64,000 nucleotides of DNA, taken from NCBI GenBank assembly GCA_024704765.1, contig JAKMXF010000332.1, forward strand, positions 664,018 to 728,017, read 5' to 3'. Under the pieces are notes generated by a model. That model was not told where the DNA came from. It saw only the letters and a list, made by a program, of their open reading frames with translations, and made no database searches. Of this stretch, positions 50,401 to 63,566 are shown piece after piece. The position numbers and the translations under genes were made by a program. Every line of letters starts with the position of its first letter. Position 1 is the stretch's first letter. Origin of the DNA: Oopsacas minuta (taxonomy: Eukaryota > Animalia > Porifera).

Positions 50401-50929
50401 GGAAGAATTGTATGTACTCAAACATTTTATTCCCAAATAAATAAAATGTTTGAGTACATAGATACTCAAACATTTTATGTATTTGGGAAGAATGCGTTTC
50501 TTTGATATACTTCCTTCGCCACTTCTAGTGCAGTGGGACTTAAGCACCCGCAAATGATTCCTGGTCCATCGGTATATTTAAATGACTTTGAATATATAAC
50601 CAATATAGTGCATATAACTGAATCACAATAACCGTACATTGTTTCAACTCGTAAACTGGCATGGTTCATGACTATGACATCAATCAAACAGCAGATGAAG
50701 TGGTGCAATACTAAATCTCGAGGAAGACAAAAGATATTCTGTCCCCTCTCAATATTCTAAATTTCATTTGATGTCAGAAAAGTAAGAAATATATAAAAGC
50801 TTAGATGATGAGTGGTGGAGTGCAATTATTCTATGGATCCCTGTTCAACCCAAAAGCAGCCAATCATTTCTCTCTATTCAGTTGTGAATAAGAAAGCGGT
50901 GTTATATTGGTTCCAAGATAGAGAGGAGA

Positions 50930-52675
50930 AAATCAATTGATGACATTCAAGTTCGTTCTAACAAGATCAAGCTTGATCGGACAGGGATACTTCCATCCGT
51001 CTCTTAGCACAACTTGAAAATATTTCTTTTATTCGCTACCTAGCTCTTCTCTTGTATATTGTAGCTGTAGAACAATTTTGTTTTAAAGGCATCACAAATA
51101 TCGCTTGAAAAATATATTACGAAAAATCGATAGCAACCTTCAGTAACATAGTTTCATCAGAAAATCAACTTTCTTGGCATATTAACTTAAGCTGGGGAAA
51201 GGAAAAATGGAGAGATCTTAAATATTATCTCCAATCAGAAGGCCTCATTTTGGCAACTTGGGAAAAATTAGTGAAATTACAAAGTCAATTGTTCCAACAT
51301 TTAACTGGTATCCAAACGATTCCAATCCTATAGGGGTCTACATGTCTTATTCATTACATATAATTTCTCTCTTTGACCGGTTGGTAATAGAATGTGTGCT
51401 AAGTTTTCCTGCGCCACACTTCTATCCATTAACACTCAGAATCAAGTATGAACTGGCTGGTTATGGATCTCATTCCTTTCCTGGATTATTGTCAGACTTG
51501 AATATAAACCGATCAAAATGTATTGTCTTCATAGTCTCGCCCGTTCAGGCGCTAAATCGATTCGGGAATGTCCTGTGAGAAAATAGGCATCCTAACTCGT
51601 GTTATTCAAACCAACCAGTATCACATATTTGCCAAAAGGAGACTATTGACACTTTAATATACTCGAGCAAGTTACTAAACTCTGAAATTGTTTCATTTAA
51701 TGTGAATGGTTTTGATCACCTAAATGGGCATGTTAAAGTCAAAGTCAAAGCTTCAATGTTTGACGGCAAACCTTGGAGGAGCTCAATGTATTGGCTGCAG
51801 AGCAACCCGAAGTAATATAAATAGCATTACGAATGTTGTTTGCGGGTTTCCTTTGGATTCTATGATAGAATATGTCAAAGAGCTGCTGAGCTACAATACA
51901 AAGTCCGATGTGGGATTACACACGAACTTGCAAGTGTAATTGATTTTTTTCTTGCTGCACTTTAAATTCTTATCTAAGGATTTTAGATTGGTTCTTGAAC
52001 TTGATCTACCTAGTTGTAGCTGGAAAGTCCAAGTGAACTGAGGATCAAATGGTGCGGGATTATCGAGGTTTAGTATGCAAGTGTATCCATGAACTAACGA
52101 ATTTATTATTCAACCAAACCAGGAGGAAGTGGGGAAACAAGTACTAGTAACTTGTCAAGAATGATAACTACAATTTCCCAAGTGGTTAAGCGATGTAGCT
52201 CTACATCTATAGTTGTTCAATTCTGTGTGAAAAATTCATAAAGATCACCATTTGTTCCGCCTGTGGTCAAGTAGGCCATCAAAAGAATTATGTAATAAAC
52301 AAGTACGCAGAAGTCTTGACAAATACTCTTGATTATGAAGATTTTTTCTTCAAAATTCCATCGATGGACTCTTCTTGAATTTTACATTGATTTATCAATA
52401 AGATACTCATATGTTAGTTATTTTTCAGTTACCACAGTATATTCATATACTCACTTGTTTCTAATATATATTAGCTAAGCGAATATCTAGATTTCCTTAT
52501 TACTGTCTACCATATTTATGATTACGTCGTATATTGAAAAGCTGATATGATACAACGAATTGAAATAAACTAACGAACCTTAATAGTCGACTTACAATAC
52601 AGTAATAATGCATTGTATAAGCCTATATCTAAAATAGAACGCGTAAAACCCCAATACTAGTAATAGCCCACTGTG
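50930..52675 (+). pseudogene. RAG1-like/Transib transposase remnant with C-terminal Cys/His motif and putative 3' TIR
   Basis: Across frameshifts: RRKSIDDI (NBD-like), KWRDLKYYL..LATW, LTLRIKYELAGYGSHS, PNSCYSNQP, SMFDGK, GGAQCIGC, SYLRILDWF, STSNLSR, CSACGQVGH. CACTGTG at 52669-52675. Confidence 0.7.
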
Positions 52676-53763
52676 CAACTTGCCAATAATCATGCTCGCA
52701 AGACTTTACTATCATGATTAGTAGACACACACGCCTCAAATGTTGGTCATCGCACCGATTTACACGGAATAGACAAGTATTCATAATCGTTCTATTAAAC
52801 ATATGGACATAGCATTGCTTGGGAAGATATCTGCATTTACAAGATATATCTATATATTTATTTCGTAACACAAGTTATGGGTATAAATGATAGTCACCTG
52901 GGGCAAATGTACTTTATGAACTAAATATATTATAAAAAAGATGAGGATAGTTAATTTACATATTATGAACACAAATTATACTTTAATCATACAAAGCACA
53001 TCAAGTTTTCGTTGCGTCAATATATCAACTGTTACTAAAATATGCATGATTTGTCCCACGTTTTCCCTACCACAAGATATCCATTTGGTATCCTTTATAT
53101 CTAAATTATATGCATAGTAGCATATTTGGCTTATATATATATATTTTCCTACTTTCACACTCAGCCCTTCTCTGGACCTCATCAAAGAGTGTAGTGAGCA
53201 ACTTGGTGTGACAAAGATTCTCTTCAAGAATAGAAACATATACCTTTGAATTTTTGTATTTGTATATTTGTATTCTACTTGTATGTGTTACCCCACTATT
53301 GCAGTATGCAAAAGCTGGTCACTTGTGGTATATCTAAAGGTTAGCATGTTGATATCTGTAGCTACCGGAAAATAGCAAAACTTCATCTTTGAAAGGTTAT
53401 CAGAATTAATATTGTCATGGAACAAGTGGAACGCCTCACAACTTGACATCTTTGAACAGTACTACATAGTACAACTGTAAACTGTAAATCTGTGATATCT
53501 CACTTCGTGGGAGAAAGCGAAATAACAAAGTTTCGGCCATCCATTGGTCTCATCAGTAGTTCGGCTCAGGACTGATACACAAAAGGGTTTGTCAATATTT
53601 TGATTTATATAGTATGAATATAATTACTTAGATTCTTTAAATTTTATATCGCTATTTTGTTTGTAAATTTTGTGTTTGGTTTTATTTCTATATGTGTTTG
53701 ATTTTTTGTAATTGTTACTTGTTTTGTTTTATCTAGATTTGAGTAAAGTTTAAAATACGAATA

Positions 53764-54328
53764 CAGTGGAGTCTCCGGGTAACGGACACGTTGATGACAT
53801 GGTTTCTATCCATTGTAGAGAATTGTCTGCTTCTTGAAGACTGGTCCATCTTTTGATCAAAACGCCTAATATGTATAATTTGAATGCAGTTATACATGTA
53901 TTAAAGTTGATGAGGTACGGGAGAAGTCACCAAAGTTTTATTATACTGTGATAAGAATGAATATAATATAGAGTGATAACTGATGAGTAACGTAAGTATA
54001 TTGGCATTGTTTTATACTCTATATATATATTATAGTGGGTCCGCAAATAAGTCAGGAAGATAACTTTGTCTCTCTTTGACACTTGCAGACTAGCTACAGT
54101 ATCTATTGGGGTGACAATGCCAATAGCAACTTCCAAACATCCTCGACTTTCATAATTTTTGAGGAGAGAAGTAAAAATGGATTTGTTGAGGTTACGGGAG
54201 AGAAAGTAAACAGAGGAGCAGGTTACGGGCTAAAATCCCATGTGTGTACCTCCCTTTATGGACCAAAAGTTTACATTGACAAGATGAAAGAATTGTTGAA
54301 AGACTTGAAAGATATGGAACTTGTATAA
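53764..54328 (+). mobile_element. pogo/Tigger-like left end with a HIRAN-like ORF remnant
   Basis: TA|CAGTGGAGTCTCCGGGTAACGGACAC terminus. VEVTGEKVNRGAGYGL...LYGPKVYIDKMKELL resembles small HIRAN-like cargo ORFs (recognised from memory, not searched). Confidence 0.4.
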
Positions 54329-54584
54329 CACTCATATTATTATGTAAATTTTGTGATATCTATGAAAATTATTAGTTGCAGTTTCTGGTTGTAAGGTCTT
54401 GGGCGATAATTTTGCATTAAGACACGCCATTCGTGGACAATTCCCTGTCCGTTGTTCGAAATGCGGAGTTGTCCACTCCTCGGAGACTGCTTAAGTAATA
54501 TGTGCATGGCAAAATCAATCCGTGCCACGAGTTTTGCCCGTTGTTTTTGGGAGACTCCACTGTATTGTAATTTAAATTTCAGAA

Positions 54585-54768
54585 CTAACATGCGTCACAT
54601 TTCCACTTAACCCTTGGAAGGTTTTACTTTACCGATACCAAGATATAACAAATGATACCATTCCGAACAATAGTCACACTGCACCCAACGAGTACCTCCT
54701 TGTTATACAATCATTTCTAAACCAGTACCGACGATTCCATCATTTTCAGTGTGATTACAGCTATTACA
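54585..54768 (-). pseudogene. PHD-finger remnant
   Basis: CNSC...WVQCDYCSEWYH...GI...(frameshift)KWKCDAC*. The parent gene or element was not identified. Confidence 0.55.
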
Positions 54769-56437
54769 GCGTTCCTCTTAGCCACATAGCAAGAGTAAGA
54801 AATTCAGGGGTCGGGCGCAGGGATGAGTCTTTTGAAATCTTTCTTTCTTTCTTAGAAGAAGAAGTACGAGCCTGTCCCCGTTCTTAACATGTATTTACTT
54901 GTATATACACATGCAATAAATGTATTCATAAATATTGAAATAACCAAACTCATCAGCAACATGCAACTAACTTTGCTGTATATTTCACAACTGCCAATCT
55001 ATGGAACCCATAGAGTATAGCATATAGAATGCCAGTAAACAAAAGTAAAATAAGTTTCAAAGTAAGATGCTATCACAATAATCTGTATTCATAGGTCAGA
55101 ACGTTACAAGAGAATTTGTCGATGCTTCATCTCCTTGAAGTGATCAATTACATCACTGTAACAGATTGATCAGTGATATCCTTTAAATGGACAGGAGTGT
55201 AAGATTACTGAGACGCACACTGGTCATTTGTGAGAGCAAGCGAATTTGTATTCTCTTCACAGATACACATGAGAACATTCGCCCAACCTTGCACGACGCC
55301 TAAGGGATAGTGACAATAATCAGATATATGTTGTAAATATCAGGAAAATATCATTGTCAATAATAATATTCAGTTCATCAATCAAAGTTTTAGCTGAGAT
55401 TCATCGTTCCGAACAATTAATGAACGGAAACTTCTATTTCACAATCTTTGATATTTACTGCAAACAATTCAGAGAATGTTTTCAGTTCTTGTTTTTAGAA
55501 AAAGTTTTGAGAATTTGGTAAGGAACAATTAGCCGCTGTCATGATTCCAGTTTGATCAGCACCGGATCCAATTCTGCTAAGATCCGGCCTACATTTGGGC
55601 GTACAAAACTGATAACTCCTCGAAGTTGGATACCTTTGGGAGTCCAACAAAGCTAGTTAGATACTCGTTTCTTAACTTTTCTAGAAGACACCGTTGTCTC
55701 GTTGTACCTCGTACATCGAAATTTTCGTTTGCATATTTGTCTGACAACTTTTGGTATATTCGATCACCTTGTCAAACTCGAAATTGACCAACCTTCCATT
55801 ATGTCTGCAAGCAATGTCAGACATCAAATGACAGTTACTGCTCTCTTTTGAAATGGTTCAGTGCTAAAATCAGAGTAATCATATGGCATACCAAAGAAAA
55901 CTAAGATGGTCACCTAATTCCTTAGTTTGTAGAGTGCATAGCAATGATTTAGCTGGTTGGCTTTTCTCCGCATTATAATCTTTTTCAAATTTGCTTAAAA
56001 TATCATAATCAATCAAATCGACTAAGGAACCCCTCCACCGCCAAAGAACGGCAAGAACAACGAGTTTTACATGAATGTGCAAGTTTGAGAGCTTTCACTT
56101 TGGGATAGTGCTCATGCTCAACTTCTAAGAAAGCAGCCTGTGGCTTTGTTTTCTGAATATATATCTATCAATGTTAAATTTAAGAATTTAAGTCACTTCT
56201 GGACTACACTTAAACAAGACTTAGTATCGTATGGGACACTAAGTATAAACTAAGTTATTTGTAAGTGTAGGAAAAAACTATCCGTATTTCACAGTAACCT
56301 TGGCTATTACACTTGTCAACGAAATTCGATATTTTCTCAGTACTTTGTGAAGATGAGTTGTTCTAGACTAATTTATAATGCTGAGTTGTGGATTTATTAT
56401 AGAAGTGACCCCATATTCTTTCTATATGCAAATTATA

Positions 56438-57768
56438 TCAGGGCGTTCAATAAATCTTGCGGGTCATGATATATCTTAAGAATTAGTCAAGTAATATATC
56501 TAACTTTCATATATTATAAGCCCATATAGTTAAACTCCATATACTGAAAGTTTCAAGCGTATTCAATACAAATTATGAATTTTTGGGATAGTTACGAGTA
56601 GTCAATTTATACCCACTGTTGAATTTATGGCTTCAAAGGATGATAATTTCAACCTCAAATGGCGAGCTTACAAAGAGTTTCGCACAATACTCAAGATCCA
56701 GCCCGTACAGATCTTCAGTGAGTTACAGGAGATATTGTGCGTGGATTGCCCTTCCAGATCTGCTGTAGAGCGATGGGCTGCCGGTCTTAGATCTGGTGAT
56801 GCTGATATCATAGATTTGCCTCGATCTGGAAGACCGGTATCCGCCACCACTTCAGAGAATATTGCACTCATTGAAAGTATAGTCTGGAAGACAAGTGCAT
56901 TACTGTCAATCAGTTAGAACAAAGTATAGAGATTTCATCGGGAGCTATTCATACAATTCTGACGACTGAGCTTGGCTACCGATCGATTTGTGGGAAATGG
57001 GTCCCGTATAAGCTCAGTGAGAATCAAAGTTTGGCACGACTGAATATTGCCAAGAAACTCTTGCAAACTTATGAGGACTGCGATTCTAGACGCCCACCAG
57101 AGATTATTACTGGTGACGAGACGTGGTGTACTATTCAACACCCTATAGCAAGTATAAGAAGCGATCATGGGTGAGGGGCGACGAACAACCGGCAAAATTC
57201 CTAGGTCAGACTTCAGAAAAGTTAAGATTATGTATACCATCTTCTTCAGTAGTCATGGAATTGTCTCGCAATTACCTTGTGAGAGTGGCAAGGCTATTAC
57301 TGCTACTTTCTTTACAGAGCAAGTGCTTCCAAATTTGATAAAAAATATAGAAAAGTACTTCCCGAAAACAGGAACTTGAGGAATGAAGATTTTAATTGAT
57401 AACACCAGTTCCCATACAGCTAAGCTTACCAAATATTTCTTGGATGTAGAAGGGTTAGAATTACTTCCCCATCCATCATACTCACCAGACCTAGCTCCAT
57501 GTGATTTTGGCTATTCCCCAAGGTTAAAATCTTCCTTCAAGGCAAAGATTTTAACACATTACAAGCACTCGGAACGGGCCTGTACCAGTACTTCAAATCA
57601 ATCCCCGAAGAAGAGTACAGAAATGTGTTTTACAAGTGGGTGGAAAGGTTAAAACTTTGTGTATCTGCAGGAGATGATTACTTTGAATAAATAATATAGT
57701 GAATTAGTGTGTATAATGTTTGTATCATATTCTATGGTATCACCCACAGGACTTATTGAACGCCCTAG
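56438..57768 (+). mobile_element. mariner element (copy B), 1331 bp
   Basis: Same length, TIRs and disabling lesions as 16483-17813, opposite strand, TA flanks. Confidence 0.95.
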
Positions 57769-58949
57769 TACTTTATAAGAACACACAATAATCCCAATGC
57801 AGGACTGTTACAAAAATTGAAAATATAAATACATAGCTAATATATATGCAATCGTGATAAGATTGTAATTTACAAAACGATTGCAATTTGAGATTATAGA
57901 ATTATAATGTAACATCTCATACATACATAACTAGCAATATTCACGTGTATATATAAATAAGTTTGCAACTCTCAAAACCTTACCAAAAATACATATATTG
58001 GTGGAAATCACACCATTCGTTAGACCAAACATATTTTCTCCTAGGATTAACTGGTTATAGGGGCGGTTAAGCGATTAACCGGCTAAGCGAATCTAGCCCA
58101 GCCCTACACATTTTACCCTCGCTATTCATACACCTTCATCATACAATTTCCATTTTGGTGTTCGGAAAAGTGTATTTTCATATATAAAATTTAGAGCTCA
58201 GGGATATATGAAGTTAGGAATGTATAATTTTCAATATTTGACTGCATATATATTAAATAGGGCCCAAAATGACTCCTATATGACCACCAAGTACTAAAAC
58301 CATATAATGCTTCATGTTGTGATGAAATTTGAACAATTTTCACTGTATAAATGTTCTTCATGCTGTTGGGATAATCCAGGTCTCGGCTAATCAAGGTTCG
58401 AATAATGGAGTGTCTACCTTAGTTCGAAAATACGCTAAATCTTTTGTCATTTCTATCACATACCCAGTATTATCGCGTTATAATAGGATATTCAGAAGAT
58501 TGTATCATTCATGTTTTTTGTATCTCACGAACGAGCCAACATTTTGATTAAAAATTCTTGATATCTTGTATAAAGTATCGCAGATCATTTCATATAATTA
58601 TTCGGGAAAAATGCACCGTTTCTTCACTATTGAAATCTCATTGAATTGTTCCATCAGGTTACGTGTCCCTGAATAAGAACATTAAAGAAGAGTAGCGGCC
58701 AAAGGAACCTGAAGTAATACCAAGTCAATCAACCAAAGAGCGTTACAAAAGAGTAGTTGCTACGCCAGTGTCATCAAATATCATAGTTCTATTCTATCTT
58801 TATCAACTTCAATCGAATCGTAGTTGAATTCAATATCCTGGGGATCATTTTTAAATACTTCGAGGCTTGCTCTTACGCTCTATCCCACTTGAAGTTATAA
58901 TTTGATGTGACCATGCAATAAACAAGAAGTTGTGAGTAGATAGAATTGT

Positions 58950-59750
58950 CTGTTAGTCTTAAGGCGAAGATCTAATACCTTTGTAATGGCGAATGGAGCA
59001 TTTCTCTACTTTGCTCTGAGCCAATGGCAGTTTCTGCATCAGGAATGCTTTCATACCAATAGACATACTCGTCACAATAGTCTAAGAGAATATGAAATTT
59101 CAGAGACCATGTCAAATCTGTTTCATACTAAGCCTCCAGATAATTATTGATGCTTTTCTGCAATAATAATTCGTTCCATTGCCTAGACACATATAATATT
59201 AATGCTTCAAAGCAGTCAATGACATTGGAAACGATAAATCCTTCTACTTGTCTACTAGCCTTGAGTATGAATTCTTATCTAGAGTACCATTCCAATATAC
59301 CTAAATAACCTATAATGATGAAGGTGCACAATTAAGTTTGTAGATCTCTTCGACTCGATAAACTCTAACTATGCCTTGCCTCATTGTATAATTTGTTGAC
59401 CAAATCCAAAAGGATATTTTAATGGAATGGCAGCAACTTTGCCATTACTGATTCTGACCAACTGATAATGGCTCATTGACTATATTAAGCTGCTGTTTGA
59501 CAAGATGTACTATCATTTCTTCATGCTTCGTAGATCCGGCCAGTATACCAGTACACATAGTACAATATTGCCATAAACAGAAAGGACATGGAAGGTTACT
59601 TGAAGCTTTTTGAATTCCAGTGATGAATAGGTGAGCAGCTGTTTCAAATAGTAAGAATTCTCAGGACCCTTTCCCATGTCAATCATGAAGTTTGCTAGGA
59701 CAATTCGGAGTTGGGAAATGGAAACTAGCAGGCTTCGTTGAAGTGGTATT
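58950..59750 (-). pseudogene. highly decayed Chapaev/CMC-like transposase
   Basis: Across frameshifts: GIQKASSNLPCPFC, LPFH*NILLDLVNKLY, WSLKFHILL, IGSEQSREMLHS. May extend to about 60400. Confidence 0.5.
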
Positions 59751-60794
59751 AACAGGAATCTTTTCGTTCACCATCGAGATATAAATTTAAACGACAGATT
59801 GGATTGAATTGTTTGTGGGTCACAATATTCAAAAGGGGTTCGTTGTTTGTGCTAAATCCAAATGGTGTCAGCTCCGGTAAAATACTTATACTTTCATGAC
59901 ATATCCAAAGAGGAATTGGAGTCAAAATATTTCCAAAGACAGGCCATTTTCGTCAAGCTCGTTTCATTCCAGCAGTAAGGAAAAGTAATTCATTATTTTC
60001 TTAGAAATCTACCTAATTCCCAATATGCATATTTCCCAAGCATAGATGAAATAATCCCTGAATGTCTCGAACAAGTTAAACCCTCTAACTTTTTAGGACA
60101 TGATCTCTACTATCCAACTGCTGTTACGACAATTTTGTTATTGGAATTGTAAAGATGGTTCAAACTAATTGGAAACTGAGCATTTCATTGTCTCCCGATA
60201 GGATGCTTTCAATGTGTTTCGAAGCAATTGAACTTATGAAACCTCCAGCTTCCACACACTCATCCAACTGTACGCCGGCTTTTGAAGAGTTTAGGGATGT
60301 AACATGATGATGCTTTGACAAAAATATCTGAGCGATTATCCATATATCTCAAACAATTGAAATACATTGGTTTACATGGTGACTGTTCTGAGGTCAATCA
60401 GGTTCCTAGACAAGGTTTTGATAGAGTTCGAAAAAGGTTTAGTAACACTGGTATAGATTAATCGGTTCATACCAAACGATGAAACTTTTGAATGCCCCTC
60501 GTATATAGTCAATCCAGATAAGTTTTGATTTCATAATACAGTAGAACTCTGATAAGACCACCACATCGAGAAACAAAATTAGTGACCTGGAGTACATCCG
60601 TGTGCTTGGTAACCGAGTTCTATTGTATATCGTCAGATGTAAGTCACTGTTTCTGGCTCAGTTATACAACCAGATCATACTATTTTCAGAATGTATCTAT
60701 TTGGATAGTATTGCAGAAAATATCTAGTTCGCATGCGGATTACTCAATTCTATTCACATGGAACTCTGTCCAATGATTCAAGCAACAAAGCATT

Positions 60795-60915
60795 GAAGGA
60801 GAGCGCTCCTATTTTGAAGAGCGGGGCCTGCAGCGCGCTCCAATTATGATTCAAGAGCGGAAGGTGGAGCAACGCTCCATTTTTGAAGGAGCATACACAC
60901 TGAAAAGCGCTGCTA
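60795..60915. repeat. GAGCGCTCC-rich MITE fragment
   Basis: Similar in reverse complement to 17850-17898 (GGAGCGCGCTTCAGG...GAGGGCGCTCC). Confidence 0.4.
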
Positions 60916-63566
60916 CTTAATTGTAAACAATCTACAAATTTCATCGTTTGTCTGAATGTATTCTTGCTATAAAAAGCGGATGCTGGGGCACTTTAGTAAA
61001 TTCACAATTTTATTGAAATGGTTGATGTTACATATTTGAATAATATTACTAAATAACCAATCTAGTAGAGTTTAAGAGAATTTAGCAAAAATATTTGGGG
61101 CTTTGAAGGATACAACCTCACTCCTAAACAGCGATACAATCCTTCTCACAGGTGTAAAACCTTTGCGAAAAAATTGAATTATCAACTAAATGAGCGTATA
61201 GATAATGGAAAACAATGACAGGTACATGTGAAACGACGGTCTTGCAATCACTCTGACGTGAAGTAAATTTTGAATTAAAATTTCTTCTAATACCCGTATA
61301 TAAAAATGCAACCAAGTCGAAAATGGGTAATTAGTAATAAAATATCAGGCGTAGGTTTATATATTTCATATCTATGCGGAAATAATTCTTAAATCGATCT
61401 GAAAATCTGGAGAACTGGTGAACATTTGTCATCTCTAAATGTCAGACGGATTTGAATTTCCCTTTTTCAAATTTTCCAAATTTATGATCTAAATGAACTG
61501 TTACTATCAGTCATATAAATGTTTGTTTCCTTGTTGTCCGATTCTTAAAGTCTCTAAATCCTTTTCTAGATATTTTGATACATACCTTAGTCAAAATGAT
61601 AATTCAATGATGGTTTCTGAGCTAGTAGCATAGGAATAAACAAAATATACCATTTTGCGATGAAAAACCTTTAGGAAATGGATCTAAACCAATTCTATGC
61701 TCCCAGGTCGGTTTGATCTGTCGGAAAGTAGTCGTAGTCTATAATCTTTGAAGAAGTGGGTTCCTTAACATACTTAATTGAGAATAGAATTAGAGTTCAT
61801 TATTCGTTTGCCCATAGCATTCCAGATCCTATGGTATAAACTTACTAATTACTCATTATAACTTTGGCATTTATTTGAAATAATTGCTAACTAAGCAAGC
61901 AGATGACGTAAATATTTTGTAGATATAGAATTTGTGTATTGTCAAATATCATCAATACATCCTTCGGGTCAAAATGTATCATTTAAATCTTATCACGAGA
62001 AATAGAATTTCGTATGCGAATATCGAGGTATTCAATCAATCCATGGTTCAAAATTTTCAGCAACCACCATTGCCTTAGCGTATTCAATGCTATGGTTTGC
62101 CTTAGTATGGCCTCTTAAAGGATTGAAATCAACAAAACGCGACCAGCGAATACTAACAAATGATGGATTTAGGTTCTATATGTGTAAACACATTCACAGA
62201 CCGCATTCAAAATATTGAGTGTTTTACAAGTTTTCTGCTGGATAAAATTTCAACCACTTTATGTACAATCTGGAAAATCAGTTGCAATATTTTGCAATTC
62301 TCTGAACTTAATTAACAATTACATCCCAGAAATGCTTTAACTGCAAATGTATTAAAAATTGTATTGGCGAACATAAATATGTATTTATAGTAATATGGAG
62401 TATCTGAAGCATAGAAACAATAACATTTAATGGCTATTACCGGGATATATGAGAAAAACAAATATTTTCGATCGGCCTAATATGGTAAGTTACTGAATAA
62501 CTTGTTAAACGTTAGAACTGGGGAATCAAATATGACTCATGAAGAGGGAGAAAATTATTGGGGATAAACAGTATGAAATGAAGAACTATATCATCAGTAA
62601 ATATTCAGAGAGTAATATAATCTGATTGAATCCCTTTCGCCATTTAATGAAAATACTTACATATCACTATGATTCTATTCAAGTAGAAGATCCATCTTTT
62701 GTAATCATGATAAAAACGGGCTCGAAATATTTCAAAATCTTCTAAAAAGGCTATTACGCAAGCAAATGATGACAAATGACATTTGAAAGCAGTATCTATG
62801 CTTCGATACCATATTTATGTGTTAGCAATATATTTATAGTGCATAACTTAAATAGTTACACTGTCAGGTACATCAAAATATAATAAATTCATGATACGAA
62901 ATCCATAGTTTCTAAGGAAATTGAGTTAGTTAGTCAGTTATTACGAAGTATCACACATAATTACATTTATCAAAGGATTTCCTTGCAATTTACGCAAAAA
63001 GATTACAGAAATTCAAAAGCAGATATTTTATGGTAGATCATAGTAGGCATATGCATTTCCCAGTGGTTTGACTTTTTCGCTTCCGAGTATTCTCTTAATC
63101 AGTGACAGAATATATCACCCAAATAAAACATTTACTTTACGTCAAAAATGAATAAGCCAAAAGTCTTGGTTTTAACTAATGAATTAAAGATTTTCATGCA
63201 AATCGTAAAATAATACACTCTGCATGCCAAAACCTTAATCATAAGACAGGACTTTGATCATAACCAAATACAAAATATAGTATTCCATTATCATCCAAAA
63301 GTTATTTAGTTCCTCAAATTACTGGATCCAATTTAATTATCATTTTTCTATTCTAATTTCCATAAAAATATCATAGTGTATTTCGCAGTGTAATCGACAC
63401 ATATTGTCTGCAAATCTAGCAACTTGTAATTGTTACCATAGACGGAACGTTCTATACCTTGAAAACGTGATTTTAGAAGCACAAAATTACAATTACACCC
63501 TGTCTCATTGATTCTATATATAAATATGTAATTTACAACCAAAATCATCCAAATAATTATTAATCA

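Noticed and set aside
16483-57768. Composite (macro)transposon carrying eIF3d exons
   Set aside because: The TA flanks are uninformative, each copy has its own complete ends, and the left copy lies inside an intact eIF3d intron, so the block was not inserted as a unit.
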